A program made the translations under genes and the position numbers. Source: Pseudomonas sp. (GTDB taxonomy: Bacteria > Pseudomonadota > Gammaproteobacteria > Pseudomonadales > Pseudomonadaceae). Taken from it: a stretch of DNA of 64,000 nt. The DNA lies in contig JBKEBY010000008.1 of assembly GCA_047973445.1 (NCBI GenBank), positions 68,812 through 132,811 of the forward strand, given 5' to 3'. The notes below the pieces were generated by a model. That model ran no database searches. It was not told the origin of the DNA and saw only the letters and a program-made list of their open reading frames with translations. Of the stretch, positions 12,676 to 30,987 are shown one piece after another. How positions within the stretch are numbered: the first letter of the stretch is position 1; the number at the start of each line of letters is the position of its first letter.

Positions 12676-13599
12676 ATGGACAGGTTCGATGCGATGCAGG
12701 CCTTCGCCCGTGTAGTGGAAACAGGCAGCTTCACCAAGGCAGCGGCCACCCTGCACATGAGCAAGACCAGCGTGACGCAGCTGGTACAGCAGCTCGAAGC
12801 GCGCCTGCGCGTCAGGCTGCTCAACCGTACTACGCGCCAGGTCAACGTCACGGCTGACGGTGCCGCCTATTACGAACGTGTGGTGCGCCTGCTGGCCGAC
12901 ATGGACGATGCCGAAACCAGCCTGTCCAGCGCCGCTATCCTTCCTCGCGGCAAGCTGCGGCTGGATGTGCCCAGCCCGCTGGCGCGTCTGATCCTGATAC
13001 CGGCCCTGCCGGACTTTCACGCGCGCTACCCGGACATTCAGCTCGACATGGGTGTGAGCGATCGCAACGTAGACCTGATCAGAGAGAACGTCGACTGCGT
13101 CGTGCGCGGCGGCGAACTCGCCGATCAATCGCTGATGGCGCGCCGCGTGGGCGAGCTGCACTTTGGAGTTTATGCCGCACCGAGCTACCTGCAACGCATC
13201 GGAACACCTGCGCACCCCCGGGAACTGGAAGACTCGCACCACCGCATCGTGCGTTTTCACTGGGCGCGCGCCGCCAAGGTCTTCCCGCATGTCATGCACA
13301 GGGCCAACGAGCACATCAGCGTGGCGGGCCGCCACATGCTCGCGGTAGACGACGGCAATGCCTATCTTGCGGCCGGTGTCGCCGGCCTGGGGATCATTTG
13401 GCTACCGCGATACATGGCCAACGAACATCTGCAGCGCGGCGAACTGATGCCGCTGTTCGAGGACTGGCAGCTGGATACCATGCCCCTGTATCTGGCATTC
13501 CCACCGAACAGGCACGTCAGCACCAAATTGCGCGTGTTCATCGAGTGGGTCGCTGAGCTCATGGCCCGGCATGGGCTCGGCGGCGACGCCAGCCAATAA
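12676..13599 (+). CDS. LysR family transcriptional regulator (CrgA-like), divergent from the RidA gene
   Basis: MDRFDAMQAFARVVETGSFTKAA HTH; AGGAG RBS. Confidence 0.92.
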   Translation: MDRFDAMQAFARVVETGSFTKAAATLHMSKTSVTQLVQQLEARLRVRLLNRTTRQVNVTADGAAYYERVVRLLADMDDAETSLSSAAILPRGKLRLDVPSPLARLILIPALPDFHARYPDIQLDMGVSDRNVDLIRENVDCVVRGGELADQSLMARRVGELHFGVYAAPSYLQRIGTPAHPRELEDSHHRIVRFHWARAAKVFPHVMHRANEHISVAGRHMLAVDDGNAYLAAGVAGLGIIWLPRYMANEHLQRGELMPLFEDWQLDTMPLYLAFPPNRHVSTKLRVFIEWVAELMARHGLGGDASQ

Positions 13600-13607
13600 G
13601 CAGCCTT

Positions 13608-13859
13608 TCAGCTGCTCTTCTTGCGAATCCAGTACAGATACGTGCCTTCCTGCTCCTGCTGGCTGACCAGCTCATGCCCGAGGAAAACACAGAATTTGGG
13701 TATGTCGCGCTGGGTCGAAGGATCTGTGGCGATCACCTTCAGCAGTGCCCCACCTTCCAGATCGCGTACCTTGTTATGCAGCATCATCACCGGCTCGGGA
13801 CAGTTGAGACCGCTCGCATCAAGGGTCGCGTCGATTGCAATTTCGGCTGTCTGGGACAT
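13608..13859 (-). CDS. tusA: Sulfurtransferase TusA
   Basis: [14 protein letters not shown] and ATDPST motifs. Confidence 0.95.
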   Translation of the reverse strand: MSQTAEIAIDATLDASGLNCPEPVMMLHNKVRDLEGGALLKVIATDPSTQRDIPKFCVFLGHELVSQQEQEGTYLYWIRKKSS

Positions 13860-14138
13860 GAGTCACTCCTGAAACAGGGTGGCATTGTCGCCCAAGCGCG
13901 GCTTCAGGTCACCCGCCCACCGTCAAAGCCGCAGGCGGAAAAGAACGGGAACCCCGGACTCGTTCACCCGGTCCAGTGAATAGATGCAGACAAGCCCTCC
14001 CAGTTGCAAACACCGCCGGACGATAACCACGAAGCTGCCTGGTACAGGCTTCCGTGGCCAGATGCGTCACCGAGGGCTAAGGTCAAGACATGCCCTTTCT
14101 TCACCCTGCCCGACCGTGCGGGCTCAAGGAGATGATGA

Positions 14139-16814
<2,676 letters not shown>

Positions 16815-17119
16815 ACAAGCCGATGCGCCATGATCAGAGCAGGAACGAAAACGCCGGGCGGGTCCTTCGCACCGGCGCATGCCGTTCCTTCAGCCTTGTT
16901 CGCCTGCCATCCTGCTGCATCCCCGGTCGTTCCATGTGCCATGTCCGGTTCCCTGGCAGTAAAACTTCTATCGTTCACGCTTGCGAGAACGCCCGGACAT
17001 GTGTTGACAGTAAACGGCGAAGATTGCAGAAAAATGAAAGCGCTTAAGGAACTCACATAAAACTGATCGACCAGCAGCGATTGGCTTCGACCACCACGGC
17101 CCAGACACAATATTCGCTG

Positions 17120-17809
17120 CTAACTGCGCTTATCCGCCAGGAATGAGGCGATGGTGTCTGTAGCATCATCGAGATGCTGCTCATGGGTCAGCCCCGAACG
17201 CTTCAGCGGTTTCAGATCATGATCGGCCGCAGCAAGCCAATGCAGCTGGATGGCCGGCGATAATGCATAGCCAGTGACGCGGGCCCGATCTCCAAGCGGA
17301 TCGCGTTCGCCCTGAACGATCAGGGACGGCGTGCGCAACCCGGCCAAGTGTGCAACACGCGGTTTGTCCGGCTTGCCCGCCGCATAGAAGGGATAACCCA
17401 GGCAGACCAGCGCATCGGCCTGCAACTCGTCGGCCAGCAGGCTGGCCATGCGCCCGCCCATCGACTTGCCGCCAATGGCCAGCCGGCCCGCGGCTTGCTG
17501 TCGCACTCGCCCATACACGTCCCTCCACTGCTCCAGCAATTGAACCGATGGGTTCGGCGGTCGCTTGCGGTCGGTGAGCCGCCGTTCGGCCATGTAGGCG
17601 AACTCGAAGCGGAACACTGCTATGCCCCGATCTACAAGCCGCGCGGTGATTTCCTGCATGAACGGACTGTCCATCGGCGCACCTGCACCATGGGCCAGGA
17701 TCAGGCTGGCCAACACTTCGCCAGCCGGTCGATCCGCGACAATCTGCAGTGTTTCCCCACCCTGCGTGTATTGACCGGCGTCAATACCGGCCATGTGCCC
17801 ATTCACCAT
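17120..17809 (-). CDS. Alpha/beta fold hydrolase
   Basis: HGAGAPMDS, GGKSMGG nucleophile elbow and ADHDL motifs. Confidence 0.88.
   Translation of the reverse strand: MVNGHMAGIDAGQYTQGGETLQIVADRPAGEVLASLILAHGAGAPMDSPFMQEITARLVDRGIAVFRFEFAYMAERRLTDRKRPPNPSVQLLEQWRDVYGRVRQQAAGRLAIGGKSMGGRMASLLADELQADALVCLGYPFYAAGKPDKPRVAHLAGLRTPSLIVQGERDPLGDRARVTGYALSPAIQLHWLAAADHDLKPLKRSGLTHEQHLDDATDTIASFLADKRS
17771..17784. promoter_or_regulatory. ANR/FNR box for ccoNOP-1
   Basis: TTGAC-CGGC-GTCAA palindrome (consensus TTGAT-N4-ATCAA) about 110 nt upstream of ccoN1. Confidence 0.7.
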
Positions 17810-17891
17810 GCTTGCCTCGCTCTTTCTATGAAAGAAATGACTGCTTGTCGCAATAAAAACTGCTCACTCACCCGTGGATGGAAGCCCATAC

Positions 17892-19939
<2,048 letters not shown>

Positions 19940-20026
19940 ACCATCGAAAGCGGCGAGCTGCACAGGCAGCCGCCAGGGACATAAATCGCGGACAGCCAGA
20001 GTGGCTCGGCTGTCCAGGAGTAGCAC

Positions 20027-20962
20027 ATGAGCACATTCTGGAGTGGATACATCGCCCTGCTGACGCTGGGCACCATTGTCGCTCTGTTCTGGCTGATCTT
20101 CGCCACCCGCAAGGGCGAGTCGGCCGGCACTACCGACAAGACCATGGGGCATTCCTTCGACGGCATCGAGGAGTATGACAACCCGCTGCCCAAGTGGTGG
20201 TTCTGGTTGTTCATCGGCACCCTGGTGTTCGGCATCCTGTACCTGATCATCTACCCAGGCCTGGGCAACTGGAAAGGCTTCTTCCCCGGTTACGAGAACG
20301 GCTGGACTCAGGAAAAACAGTGGCAGCGCGAAGTCGATCAGGCGAATGCCAAGTTCGGTCCGATCTTTGCCAAGTATTCGGCCATGAGCGTCGAGCAGGT
20401 TGCAAAAGACGAAAGCGCACTGAAAATCGGTGCCCGCCTGTACGCCAACTATTGCTCGATCTGCCATGGCTCGGATGCCAAGGGCTCCAACGGCTTCCCC
20501 AATCTGGCCGACAGCGAATGGCGCTGGGGTGGCGATGCCGCCACCATCAAGACCACCATTCTGCATGGACGTACCGCGGCAATGCCCGCCTGGGGTCAAG
20601 TCATCGGCGAAGAAGGCGTCAAGAACGTTTCCGCCTTCGTACGCCAGGAGCTCGCCGGGCTGGCCTTGCCAGAAGGCAATGAGGCCGATCTCGAAGCGGG
20701 CAAGAAGGTCTACGCTGAAACTTGCTCGGTCTGCCATGGCCAAGGCGGAGAAGGCATGGCCGTGCTCGGCGCACCCCGCCTGGACAGCGCTGCCGGCTGG
20801 ATCTATGGCTCGAGCCTGGCCCAGTTGCAGCAGACCGTGCGCCATGGACGAAACGGTCAGATGCCGGCCCAGGAGCAGTACCTCGGCAACGACAAGGTGC
20901 ACCTGCTCGCTGCCTACGTCTACAGCCTTTCGCAAGAAGCGGAACAAATAGCCAAGCAGTAA
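20027..20962 (+). CDS. ccoP: cbb3 oxidase subunit III (copy 1)
   Basis: [11 protein letters not shown] and two CxxCH motifs. Confidence 0.96.
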   Translation: MSTFWSGYIALLTLGTIVALFWLIFATRKGESAGTTDKTMGHSFDGIEEYDNPLPKWWFWLFIGTLVFGILYLIIYPGLGNWKGFFPGYENGWTQEKQWQREVDQANAKFGPIFAKYSAMSVEQVAKDESALKIGARLYANYCSICHGSDAKGSNGFPNLADSEWRWGGDAATIKTTILHGRTAAMPAWGQVIGEEGVKNVSAFVRQELAGLALPEGNEADLEAGKKVYAETCSVCHGQGGEGMAVLGAPRLDSAAGWIYGSSLAQLQQTVRHGRNGQMPAQEQYLGNDKVHLLAAYVYSLSQEAEQIAKQ

Positions 20963-20968
20963 GTCCAT

Positions 20969-21000
20969 ACAGGGCGGCAGAGAATGCCGCCCTGTTTAAA
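20969..21000 (+). terminator. Terminator after ccoP1
   Basis: ACAGGGCGGCA-GAGAA-TGCCGCCCTGT followed by TT. Confidence 0.65.
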
Positions 21001-21017
21001 GTCATGAAAATCCACCC

Positions 21018-21034
21018 TGCGACGCTCTGTCGCA
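21018..21034. promoter_or_regulatory. Candidate RoxR (RegA/PrrA-type) site upstream of ccoNOQP-2
   Basis: TGCGAC-N5-GTCGCA palindrome resembling RegA-family GCGnC...GnCGC sites. Confidence 0.5.
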
Positions 21035-21044
21035 CACAAACTGA

Positions 21045-23360
<2,316 letters not shown>

Positions 23361-23368
23361 CGCACTCT

Positions 23369-23551
23369 ATGGATATCGGGACTCTCCGCGGGTTGGGCAC
23401 CATTCTGGTAGTTGTCGCCTTCATTGCCATCGTGCTCTGGGCTTACAGCGGAAAACGCAAGAAAAGCTTCGACGAAGCGGCAAATCTGCCCTTCGCGGAT
23501 GAGCCCGAGGCCAAGAAGCATGATGAAGAAGCGTCCAGGAGTAAGAAATAA
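23369..23551 (+). CDS. ccoQ: cbb3 oxidase subunit IV
   Basis: MDIGTLRGLGT...WAYSGKRKKSFDEAANLPFAD, 60 aa. Confidence 0.93.
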   Translation: MDIGTLRGLGTILVVVAFIAIVLWAYSGKRKKSFDEAANLPFADEPEAKKHDEEASRSKK

Positions 23552-24469
23552 ATGACCTCTTTTTGGAGTTGGTACGTCACCCTGCTGAGCCTGGGAACCA
23601 TCGCAGCCCTGGTCTGGCTGCTGCTGGCGACACGCAAGGGGCAACGCCGCGACAGCACTGAAGAAACCGTCGGCCATTCCTATGACGGTATCGAGGAATA
23701 CGACAACCCGCTGCCGAGATGGTGGTTCATGCTGTTCGTCGCCACTGTGGTATTCGCGCTTGGCTATCTGGCGCTCTACCCCGGCCTCGGCAACTGGAAG
23801 GGCCTGCTGCCGGGTTACGAAGGTGGCTGGACCCAGGTCAAGGAATGGCAGCGCGAAATGGACCGGGCCAATGAGCAGTACGGCCCACTGTACGCCAAGT
23901 TCGCCGCGATGCCGGTCGAGGAAGTCGCCCAGGATCCGCAAGCTCTCAAGATGGGTGGGCGCCTGTTCGCCTCCAACTGCTCGGTCTGCCATGGATCCGA
24001 TGCCAAGGGCGCCTACGGCTTCCCCAACCTGACCGATCATGAATGGCTGTACGGTGGCGAACCGGAAACCATCAAGACCACCATCCTTGGCGGTCGTCAG
24101 GCCGTGATGCCGGCGTGGAAAGATGTAATCGGTGAAGAAGGCATTCGCCACGTTGCAGGCTATGTTCGCAGCCTTTCCGGTCGTGACGTTCCCGAAGGCA
24201 TCGACAGTGACATTGAGCAGGGTCAAAAAATCTTCGCAGCCAATTGCGTAGTCTGCCATGGGCCTGACGCCAAGGGCATTCAGGCCATGGGTGCACCGAA
24301 CCTGACGGACAGCGTATGGCTTTACGGTTCCAGCTTCGGTCAGATCCAGCAAACCCTGCGCTATGGCCGTAACGGTCGCATGCCGGCACAGGAAGCCATT
24401 CTGGGTCATGACAAGGTGCACCTGCTGGCAGCTTATGTGTACAGCCTCTCGCAACAGTCGGAGGAATAA
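23552..24469 (+). CDS. ccoP: cbb3 oxidase subunit III (copy 2)
   Basis: [16 protein letters not shown] and CVVCH motifs. Confidence 0.96.
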   Translation: MTSFWSWYVTLLSLGTIAALVWLLLATRKGQRRDSTEETVGHSYDGIEEYDNPLPRWWFMLFVATVVFALGYLALYPGLGNWKGLLPGYEGGWTQVKEWQREMDRANEQYGPLYAKFAAMPVEEVAQDPQALKMGGRLFASNCSVCHGSDAKGAYGFPNLTDHEWLYGGEPETIKTTILGGRQAVMPAWKDVIGEEGIRHVAGYVRSLSGRDVPEGIDSDIEQGQKIFAANCVVCHGPDAKGIQAMGAPNLTDSVWLYGSSFGQIQQTLRYGRNGRMPAQEAILGHDKVHLLAAYVYSLSQQSEE

Positions 24470-24596
24470 CTCAGGCGCGACGACCTACCGCACCTGATTG
24501 CGACTTTCGAGACGTACCATTTGCAGCAGGTCATAAATCGATCCCGGTCGGCACGCATCGGCCGGGACACCCACCTTCCGCCGTGGTACGCACTCG

Positions 24597-26009
24597 ATGA
24601 CTGAGCAGATCCCCGTTCGTGATGTAACCCCTCCCTCCAAGGTCAATTCTTCATCCGACCTTTATGCTGCCCGCGCAAAAATCTATACGCGCTCCTTCTC
24701 CGGTCTGTTTCGCAACCTGCGATTGCTAGGCGGAGCCTTTCTCTTCGTACTGTACTTCGGTACCGCCTGGCTCAACTGGAACGGTCGTCAAGCCGTCTGG
24801 TGGGACCTTCCGGAACGAAAATTCTACGTTTTCGGCGCAACCTTCTGGCCTCAGGACTTCATTCTGCTTTCCGCGGTGCTGATCATCTGCGCCTTCGGCC
24901 TGTTCTTCATCACTGTCTTCGCTGGACGCGTCTGGTGTGGCTACACCTGCCCACAGAGCGTTTTCACCTGGGTATTCATGTGGGCGGAAAAGGTCACCGA
25001 AGGTGATCGCAACCAGCGCATGAAGCTCGACAAGGCGCCCATGAGCGCCGGCAAGTTCGGACGCAAGCTGGCCAAGCACGCCATCTGGCTGGGGGTTTCC
25101 CTGGGCATCGGCATTACCTTCGTCGGCTACTTCACTCCGATCCGCGACCTGGTGCCAGATCTGCTCACCCTTGAGGTCGGCGGCTGGGCCTTGTTCTGGG
25201 TCGGCTTCTTCACCCTCGCCACCTATGGAAACGCCGGCTTCCTGCGCGAACAGGTGTGCATCTACATGTGCCCCTACGCCCGCTTCCAGAGCGTAATGTT
25301 CGACAAGGACACCCTGATCGTCTCCTACGATCCGCGCCGCGGCGAAAAACGCGGCCCGCGCAAGAAGGATGCCGACTACAAGACCATGGGCCTCGGCGAC
25401 TGCATCGATTGCACCATGTGCGTCCAGGTCTGCCCGACCGGCATCGACATCCGTGACGGTCTGCAGATCGAGTGCATCGGCTGTGCTGCCTGCATCGACG
25501 CATGCGACGCCATCATGGACAAGATGAACTACCCTCGCGGGCTGATCGGCTACACCACAGAACATAATCTCTCGGGGCAGAAGACCCACCTGGCGCGTCC
25601 TCGCCTGATAGGCTACGCCGCGGTACTGCTGATCATGATGAGCGTCTTCACCTACGCCGTCATCGAGCGCCCGCTGGTGAAACTGGACGTATTGAAGGAC
25701 CGCGTGCTCTACCGTGAGAACGAGCAGGGCATGATCGAGAACGTCTATACGCTCAAGCTGATGAACAAGGCGCAAACGCCGCAGACCTTGATCATCGAGG
25801 CTTCTGGCCTGGACGGCCTGGTCTATAGCGGTCGCAGCGAGATCAAGGCCAATGCTGGTGAGCTGATCACCGTTCCGGTCGAGCTGTCGATTGCACCGGA
25901 GAAGCTGCCTTCAAGCACCAACGACATCGTTTTCCGTGTTCGCTCAGCGGACGACGAGACTATTTATGATGATGCCGACAGCCGCTTCATCGGCCCAAGC
26001 ATTCGCTGA
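24597..26009 (+). CDS. ccoG: Cytochrome c oxidase accessory protein CcoG (FixG)
   Basis: GRVWCGYTCPQ and two 4Fe-4S CxxCxxC motifs. Confidence 0.95.
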   Translation: MTEQIPVRDVTPPSKVNSSSDLYAARAKIYTRSFSGLFRNLRLLGGAFLFVLYFGTAWLNWNGRQAVWWDLPERKFYVFGATFWPQDFILLSAVLIICAFGLFFITVFAGRVWCGYTCPQSVFTWVFMWAEKVTEGDRNQRMKLDKAPMSAGKFGRKLAKHAIWLGVSLGIGITFVGYFTPIRDLVPDLLTLEVGGWALFWVGFFTLATYGNAGFLREQVCIYMCPYARFQSVMFDKDTLIVSYDPRRGEKRGPRKKDADYKTMGLGDCIDCTMCVQVCPTGIDIRDGLQIECIGCAACIDACDAIMDKMNYPRGLIGYTTEHNLSGQKTHLARPRLIGYAAVLLIMMSVFTYAVIERPLVKLDVLKDRVLYRENEQGMIENVYTLKLMNKAQTPQTLIIEASGLDGLVYSGRSEIKANAGELITVPVELSIAPEKLPSSTNDIVFRVRSADDETIYDDADSRFIGPSIR

Positions 26010-26021
26010 GAAAGGTAATAC

Positions 26022-26525
26022 ATGCACGCTTCCGACCAAGAGAAAACACGCTGGTACAAGCAGTTCTGGGCCTGGTTCGTCATCGGCATCCTGGCGCTAT
26101 CGGTGTTTCTCGGCACTACGCTGCTGATCATTTCGATCCGCACGGCCGATACCCTTGTCTCGGACAACTATTACGATGCCGGCAAGGGTATCAACCAGTC
26201 GCTGGAGCGTGAAAAACTCGCCGAGAGCCTGCAGCTCCAGGCCCTGCTGGTACTCGACGACGAGCGCGGCCTGGCCGAGCTGCAGCTGCACGGCAACAGC
26301 CGTCCGCAGCAACTCATCCTCAATCTGCTTTCCCCCACACAACCCGAACGCGATCGCCGAATCATCCTGCAACCCCAGGGTGACGGAATCTATCAGGGAC
26401 AGATGCAGGAACCGGTGCAGGGTCGGCGCTTCGTCGAACTGCTTGGCCGTGAAGGCGATCAGGACTGGCGTCTGTTCGAGGAAATGGAAGTCGCAGGTGG
26501 CCAGACGCTCGAACTGAACCACTGA
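26022..26525 (+). CDS. ccoH: FixH/CcoH family protein
   Basis: WYKQFWAW, single [13 protein letters not shown]; position in ccoGHIS. Confidence 0.9.
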   Translation: MHASDQEKTRWYKQFWAWFVIGILALSVFLGTTLLIISIRTADTLVSDNYYDAGKGINQSLEREKLAESLQLQALLVLDDERGLAELQLHGNSRPQQLILNLLSPTQPERDRRIILQPQGDGIYQGQMQEPVQGRRFVELLGREGDQDWRLFEEMEVAGGQTLELNH

Positions 26526-26528
26526 TCG

Positions 26529-28964
26529 ATGGCTAACCCCGTCCCCTGCTATCACTGTGGACTGCCGGTACCGGCTGGCAGCCAGTTCAATGCCCGCGTT
26601 CTCAACGAGAACCGGGCATTCTGCTGTCCGGGTTGCCAGGCCGTGGCCGAAGCCATCGTCAAGGGCGGACTGGAAAGCTACTACCTGCATCGCAGCGATC
26701 CCGCGACCAATCCCGAGGCGCTGCCACAGGCATTGACCGAAGAACTCGAGCTGTACGACCGCGAGGAGGTGCAACAGCCCTTCGTGACGCACGAAGGATC
26801 ACTCGCCAGCACCAGCCTGATGATCGAAGGTATCAGTTGTGCCGCTTGCGGCTGGTTGATCGAGCGCCACGTACGCAATCTGGATGGGGTAGCCGAAGCG
26901 TCCCTGAACCTATCCAACCACCGCCTGCAGGTGCGCTGGAGTGACGCTCGTCTGCCGCTCAGCGAGCTACTCGCCGAACTTCGACGCATCGGCTACGCGG
27001 CGCACCCCTACCAACCGGACGAAGCCGCCGAACGCCTGGCCCAGGAAAATCGCCGCGCCATGCGCCAGCTCGGCGTCACCGGCCTGCTCTGGATGCAGGT
27101 GATGATGGCCACAATGGCCACCTGGCCGGAGTTCAACCTGGATCTGTCGGAGAGTTTCTTCGTCACCCTGCGCTGGACCGCGCTGGTGCTCACCACACCG
27201 ATTGTTTTCTACTGTTGCACCGATTTCTTCAGGGGCGCCCTGCGTGATCTGCGTACCCGTCACCTGACCATGGATGTCTCGGTGTCACTGGCCATCGGTG
27301 GCGCATACCTTGCCGGCATCTGGTCGACCATCACCGGCCAGGGCGAACTCTATTTCGACGCGGTGGGCATGTTCGCACTGTTCCTGCTTGCCGGACGCTT
27401 TCTCGAGCGCCGCGCCCGTGAACGCACCGCAGCGGCGACGGCGCAACTGATCAACCTATTGCCGGCATCCTGCCTGAAGCTGGGTGAAGACGGCCAAAGC
27501 GTGCGCATTCTGCTCAGCGAACTGCGCATCGGTGATCAGGTATTGGTACAACCCGGCGCGCTGATCCCTGCCGATGGCCGCATCATTATTGGCCAATCGA
27601 GCGTTGACGAATCGGTGCTCACTGGCGAATACCTGCCTCAGGCACGCTCCGTTGGCGATCTGGTGACCGCGGGCACGCTGAATGTCGAAGGTCCCCTCAC
27701 GATCCAGGTCCAGGCGCTCGGCGACGATACACGGTTGTCGGCCATCGTCCGCCTGCTGGAACGTGCGCAATCGGAGAAACCCCGGCTCGCCGAGCTGGCC
27801 GACCGGGTCGCACAGTGGTTCCTGCTGATCGTGCTGACGACAGCGGCCATCGTCGGTCTGGTCTGGTGGCAGATCGATCCCCAGCGGGCATTCTGGATTG
27901 TCCTTGCATTACTGGTCGCCACCTGCCCCTGCGCCCTCTCGCTCGCCACACCAACGGCACTGACTACCGCCACGGGCAGCCTGCACAAACTCGGCCTGCT
28001 GCTCACGCGCGGCCATGTGCTGGAAGGTCTCAACCATATCGATACGGTGATCTTCGACAAGACCGGCACCCTTACGGAAGGTCGTCTGACATTGAATGCA
28101 GTGCATCCACTGGCCGAACTCGATGCCGATACCTGCCTCGCTCTGGCGGCCGCATTGGAAAATCGCTCGGAGCACCCCATCGCGCGCGCCTTTGGTAGAG
28201 CCCCGCAGGCGGCCGACTTCGTCGACAGCGTGCCTGGGCTCGGCCTGCAAGGCGCAGTTGCCGGTCACCCCCTGCGCATTGGCCACCCTCGTTTCGTCGC
28301 CGAAGGTTATCTGGGTAGCGCGCCAGAGATTCCTGACGATCAAGGGCAATGGCTGCTGCTGGGTGACGAACGCGGGCCATTGGCCTGGCTGGTACTGGAT
28401 GATCGGCTGCGCACCGATGCACCAGCGCTGCTCGAGGCATGCCAGCAACGTGACTGGAACACGCTTCTACTGTCAGGGGACAGCTCACCCATGGTGGGCA
28501 GAATCGCCGACCAGCTCGGCTTCGATGAAGCCTTGGGTGGCCTGACACCGGCCGACAAACTGTCCCACCTGCAACGCCTGCAGGCCGACGGTCGCCGGGT
28601 GTTGATGCTCGGCGATGGCGTTAACGACGTGCCGGTGCTCGCCGCTGCCGATATCAGTGTAGCCATGGGGTCGGCCACCGATCTGGCCAAGACCAGCGCC
28701 GACGCTGTGCTGCTTTCCAATCGGCTGGACAGCCTGGTTCAGGCCTTTGACGTCGCCCGCCGCAGCCGGCGTATCATCATCGAAAACCTGGCCTGGGCGA
28801 CGCTGTACAACGGGCTGATCCTGCCGTTCGCAGCCATTGGCTGGGTGACCCCCTTGTGGGCGGCGATCGGCATGTCGGCCAGTTCGCTGCTGGTAGTGTT
28901 GAATGCGCTACGGTTGACCCGACTGCCTTCCGCCGCTACTCAGTCGCCGCGCGGGGCTGCCTGA
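26529..28964 (+). CDS. ccoI: Copper-translocating P1B ATPase CcoI
   Basis: [24 protein letters not shown] and GDGVND motifs. Confidence 0.95.
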   Translation: MANPVPCYHCGLPVPAGSQFNARVLNENRAFCCPGCQAVAEAIVKGGLESYYLHRSDPATNPEALPQALTEELELYDREEVQQPFVTHEGSLASTSLMIEGISCAACGWLIERHVRNLDGVAEASLNLSNHRLQVRWSDARLPLSELLAELRRIGYAAHPYQPDEAAERLAQENRRAMRQLGVTGLLWMQVMMATMATWPEFNLDLSESFFVTLRWTALVLTTPIVFYCCTDFFRGALRDLRTRHLTMDVSVSLAIGGAYLAGIWSTITGQGELYFDAVGMFALFLLAGRFLERRARERTAAATAQLINLLPASCLKLGEDGQSVRILLSELRIGDQVLVQPGALIPADGRIIIGQSSVDESVLTGEYLPQARSVGDLVTAGTLNVEGPLTIQVQALGDDTRLSAIVRLLERAQSEKPRLAELADRVAQWFLLIVLTTAAIVGLVWWQIDPQRAFWIVLALLVATCPCALSLATPTALTTATGSLHKLGLLLTRGHVLEGLNHIDTVIFDKTGTLTEGRLTLNAVHPLAELDADTCLALAAALENRSEHPIARAFGRAPQAADFVDSVPGLGLQGAVAGHPLRIGHPRFVAEGYLGSAPEIPDDQGQWLLLGDERGPLAWLVLDDRLRTDAPALLEACQQRDWNTLLLSGDSSPMVGRIADQLGFDEALGGLTPADKLSHLQRLQADGRRVLMLGDGVNDVPVLAAADISVAMGSATDLAKTSADAVLLSNRLDSLVQAFDVARRSRRIIIENLAWATLYNGLILPFAAIGWVTPLWAAIGMSASSLLVVLNALRLTRLPSAATQSPRGAA

Positions 28965-29024
28965 AACCCACTGCCAACCTGCAGAACCGGCGACTTGCCG
29001 ATACCGATGTCATCTGGAGGCCCC

Positions 29025-29234
29025 ATGGCCGCTCTGTACATATTGATTCCTGTCGCCGTGGTACTGGTCGCATTGGCCATCTGGGTATTCTTCTGGGCCG
29101 TGGACAACGGCCAGTACGACGATCTCGATGGGCCAGCCCATAGCATTCTGTTCGACGACGAAGACCCCAGGCATCAGGCTGCCGTCGAGCAGGCCGAAGA
29201 GCCGGATCAGGAAGAGAAACCCGACCGTGATTGA
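29025..29234 (+). CDS. ccoS: cbb3 oxidase maturation protein CcoS
   Basis: FFWAVDNGQYDDLDGPA motif; GGAGG RBS. Confidence 0.93.
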   Translation: MAALYILIPVAVVLVALAIWVFFWAVDNGQYDDLDGPAHSILFDDEDPRHQAAVEQAEEPDQEEKPDRD

Positions 29235-29910
29235 GCTGCTGCCCCTGCTGCTTTCGGCCCTGGTGCTCGGCCTGCTTGGCGGTGGCCACTGCCTGGGCAT
29301 GTGCGGCGGACTGATGGCAGCGCTGACCATGGCCATCCCGGCCGAGCAGCGTAGCCGCCGATTGCAGCTGCTGATCGCCTACAACCTCGGCCGGATTCTC
29401 AGCTACGCCGCCGCGGGCCTGCTGATCGGCCTGGCGGGCTGGGCCGTCGCGAACAGCCCCGGAGCCATGGCGCTGCGGGTTGCCGCCGCACTTCTGCTGA
29501 TCTGCATGGGTTTGTACCTTGCCGGCTGGTGGAGCGGGTTGACTCGTATCGAGGCGCTGGGTCGAGGCCTGTGGCGGCACATTCAACCGATCGCCAGTCA
29601 CCTGATGCCGGTCGCCAGCGTGCCCAAGGCATTGCTGCTGGGCGCACTCTGGGGCTGGTTGCCCTGCGGCCTGGTCTACAGCACGCTGCTCTGGTCAGCC
29701 AGCCAGGGCGACGCGCTGGACAGCGCCTTGCTGATGCTGGCTTTCGGTATCGGTACCTGGCCGGTGCTGCTGGCCACCGGCATGGCTGCGGAACGCCTGA
29801 CCGCCCTGCTACGCAAGCGGGGAGTTCGCATGGCCGGTGGCGTCATGGTCATTCTGTTCGGTCTCTGGACCCTGCCTGGGCCGCATCAGCATTGGCTGAT
29901 GGGACACTGA
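29227..29910 (+). CDS. Sulfite exporter TauE/SafE (DsbD_2) family membrane protein
   Basis: GHCLGMCGG, YNLGR and WLPCGLVY motifs; GTG start overlapping ccoS. Confidence 0.88.
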   Translation: MIELLPLLLSALVLGLLGGGHCLGMCGGLMAALTMAIPAEQRSRRLQLLIAYNLGRILSYAAAGLLIGLAGWAVANSPGAMALRVAAALLLICMGLYLAGWWSGLTRIEALGRGLWRHIQPIASHLMPVASVPKALLLGALWGWLPCGLVYSTLLWSASQGDALDSALLMLAFGIGTWPVLLATGMAAERLTALLRKRGVRMAGGVMVILFGLWTLPGPHQHWLMGH

Positions 29911-29958
29911 AAGCACGAGCAAGCTCGTTTCTGCCACCTGCCTCCAGCGCCGTTATCG

Positions 29959-30789
29959 TCATTGCGGTTCCTTGGGCATCTCCCGCTTGTGTCGAGACTT
30001 GTCATAAGTCTCGACGATGATCCGCGCGGCCTCCTCCGAAACCTCGAAGCCTTGCAGAAAGGCATCGATCTCCAGATAGGTGACACCATAGGCATCCTCA
30101 TCGGGTTTGCCGGGCTTCAACTCTTCCAGATCGGCGGTCGGTACTTTTTTCACCAGTTGCGCCGGCGCGCCGAGGGCTGCGGCGATTTCCCGAACCTGTC
30201 CCTTGACCAACCCGGCCAGTGGCGTCAGGTCACAGGCGCCGTCACCGAACTTGGTGAAGAACCCCATTACCGCCTCAGCCGCATGATCGGTCCCGATGAC
30301 CAGACCTTGCCGCGCATTGGCGATGGTGTATTGGGCCACCATGCGCATTCTTGCCTTGGTATTGCCGAGCACGAAATCTCGCGTTCCAGCCGACAACGGC
30401 TCCAGTGCCTCGGTAGCCCGAGAAAGCCCCTGCACCGCCGCACCGATATTCACCGTGTGACACTCGTCAGGCTGAATGGTGTCGACCGCAAGCTGGGCTT
30501 CAGCTTCATCGTGCTGCACCTGATAAGGAAGGCGCACCGCAATGAAGCGGTAATCATCACCCTCCCCGACCGCCCGCATCCCTTCCACCGCACGCTGTGC
30601 GAGCAGCCCGGCCGTGGTCGAGTCGACCCCGCCACTAATGCCCAGTACCAGCGTCTTCAATCCGGACTCGCGCAAGCAGTTCTGGATGAAGCTCACTCGA
30701 CTGTCGATTTCGGCCCGTATCGCGGCGGGGCCATCGAACGGCGGCCGAACATTGAGTGCAGCGGCGATTTCCTGCTGGCGGCTATGCAT
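29959..30789 (-). CDS. nadE: Ammonia-dependent NAD+ synthetase
   Basis: [27 protein letters not shown] and PTADLE motifs; no glutaminase domain. Confidence 0.95.
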   Translation of the reverse strand: MHSRQQEIAAALNVRPPFDGPAAIRAEIDSRVSFIQNCLRESGLKTLVLGISGGVDSTTAGLLAQRAVEGMRAVGEGDDYRFIAVRLPYQVQHDEAEAQLAVDTIQPDECHTVNIGAAVQGLSRATEALEPLSAGTRDFVLGNTKARMRMVAQYTIANARQGLVIGTDHAAEAVMGFFTKFGDGACDLTPLAGLVKGQVREIAAALGAPAQLVKKVPTADLEELKPGKPDEDAYGVTYLEIDAFLQGFEVSEEAARIIVETYDKSRHKREMPKEPQ

Positions 30790-30973
30790 GGGTTTCTCCT
30801 CTGGAATGGACTGCTGGAGATGAAATGGGGATTCGATACTGACTGATCCGACCACGGGCTGCTCGATATATCCTGCTCCCGAGCTGTGACTGTTTTTCTG
30901 CTCGCTGCTACGCGAACTCGACGGAGGCTATTTATACCGTCGGTCCCGCCCCGACACCATGCGCCGGACATGT

Positions 30974-30987
30974 TTGATGCAGGTCAA
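30974..30987. promoter_or_regulatory. ANR/FNR box upstream of hemN
   Basis: TTGAT-GCAG-GTCAA. Confidence 0.75.
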
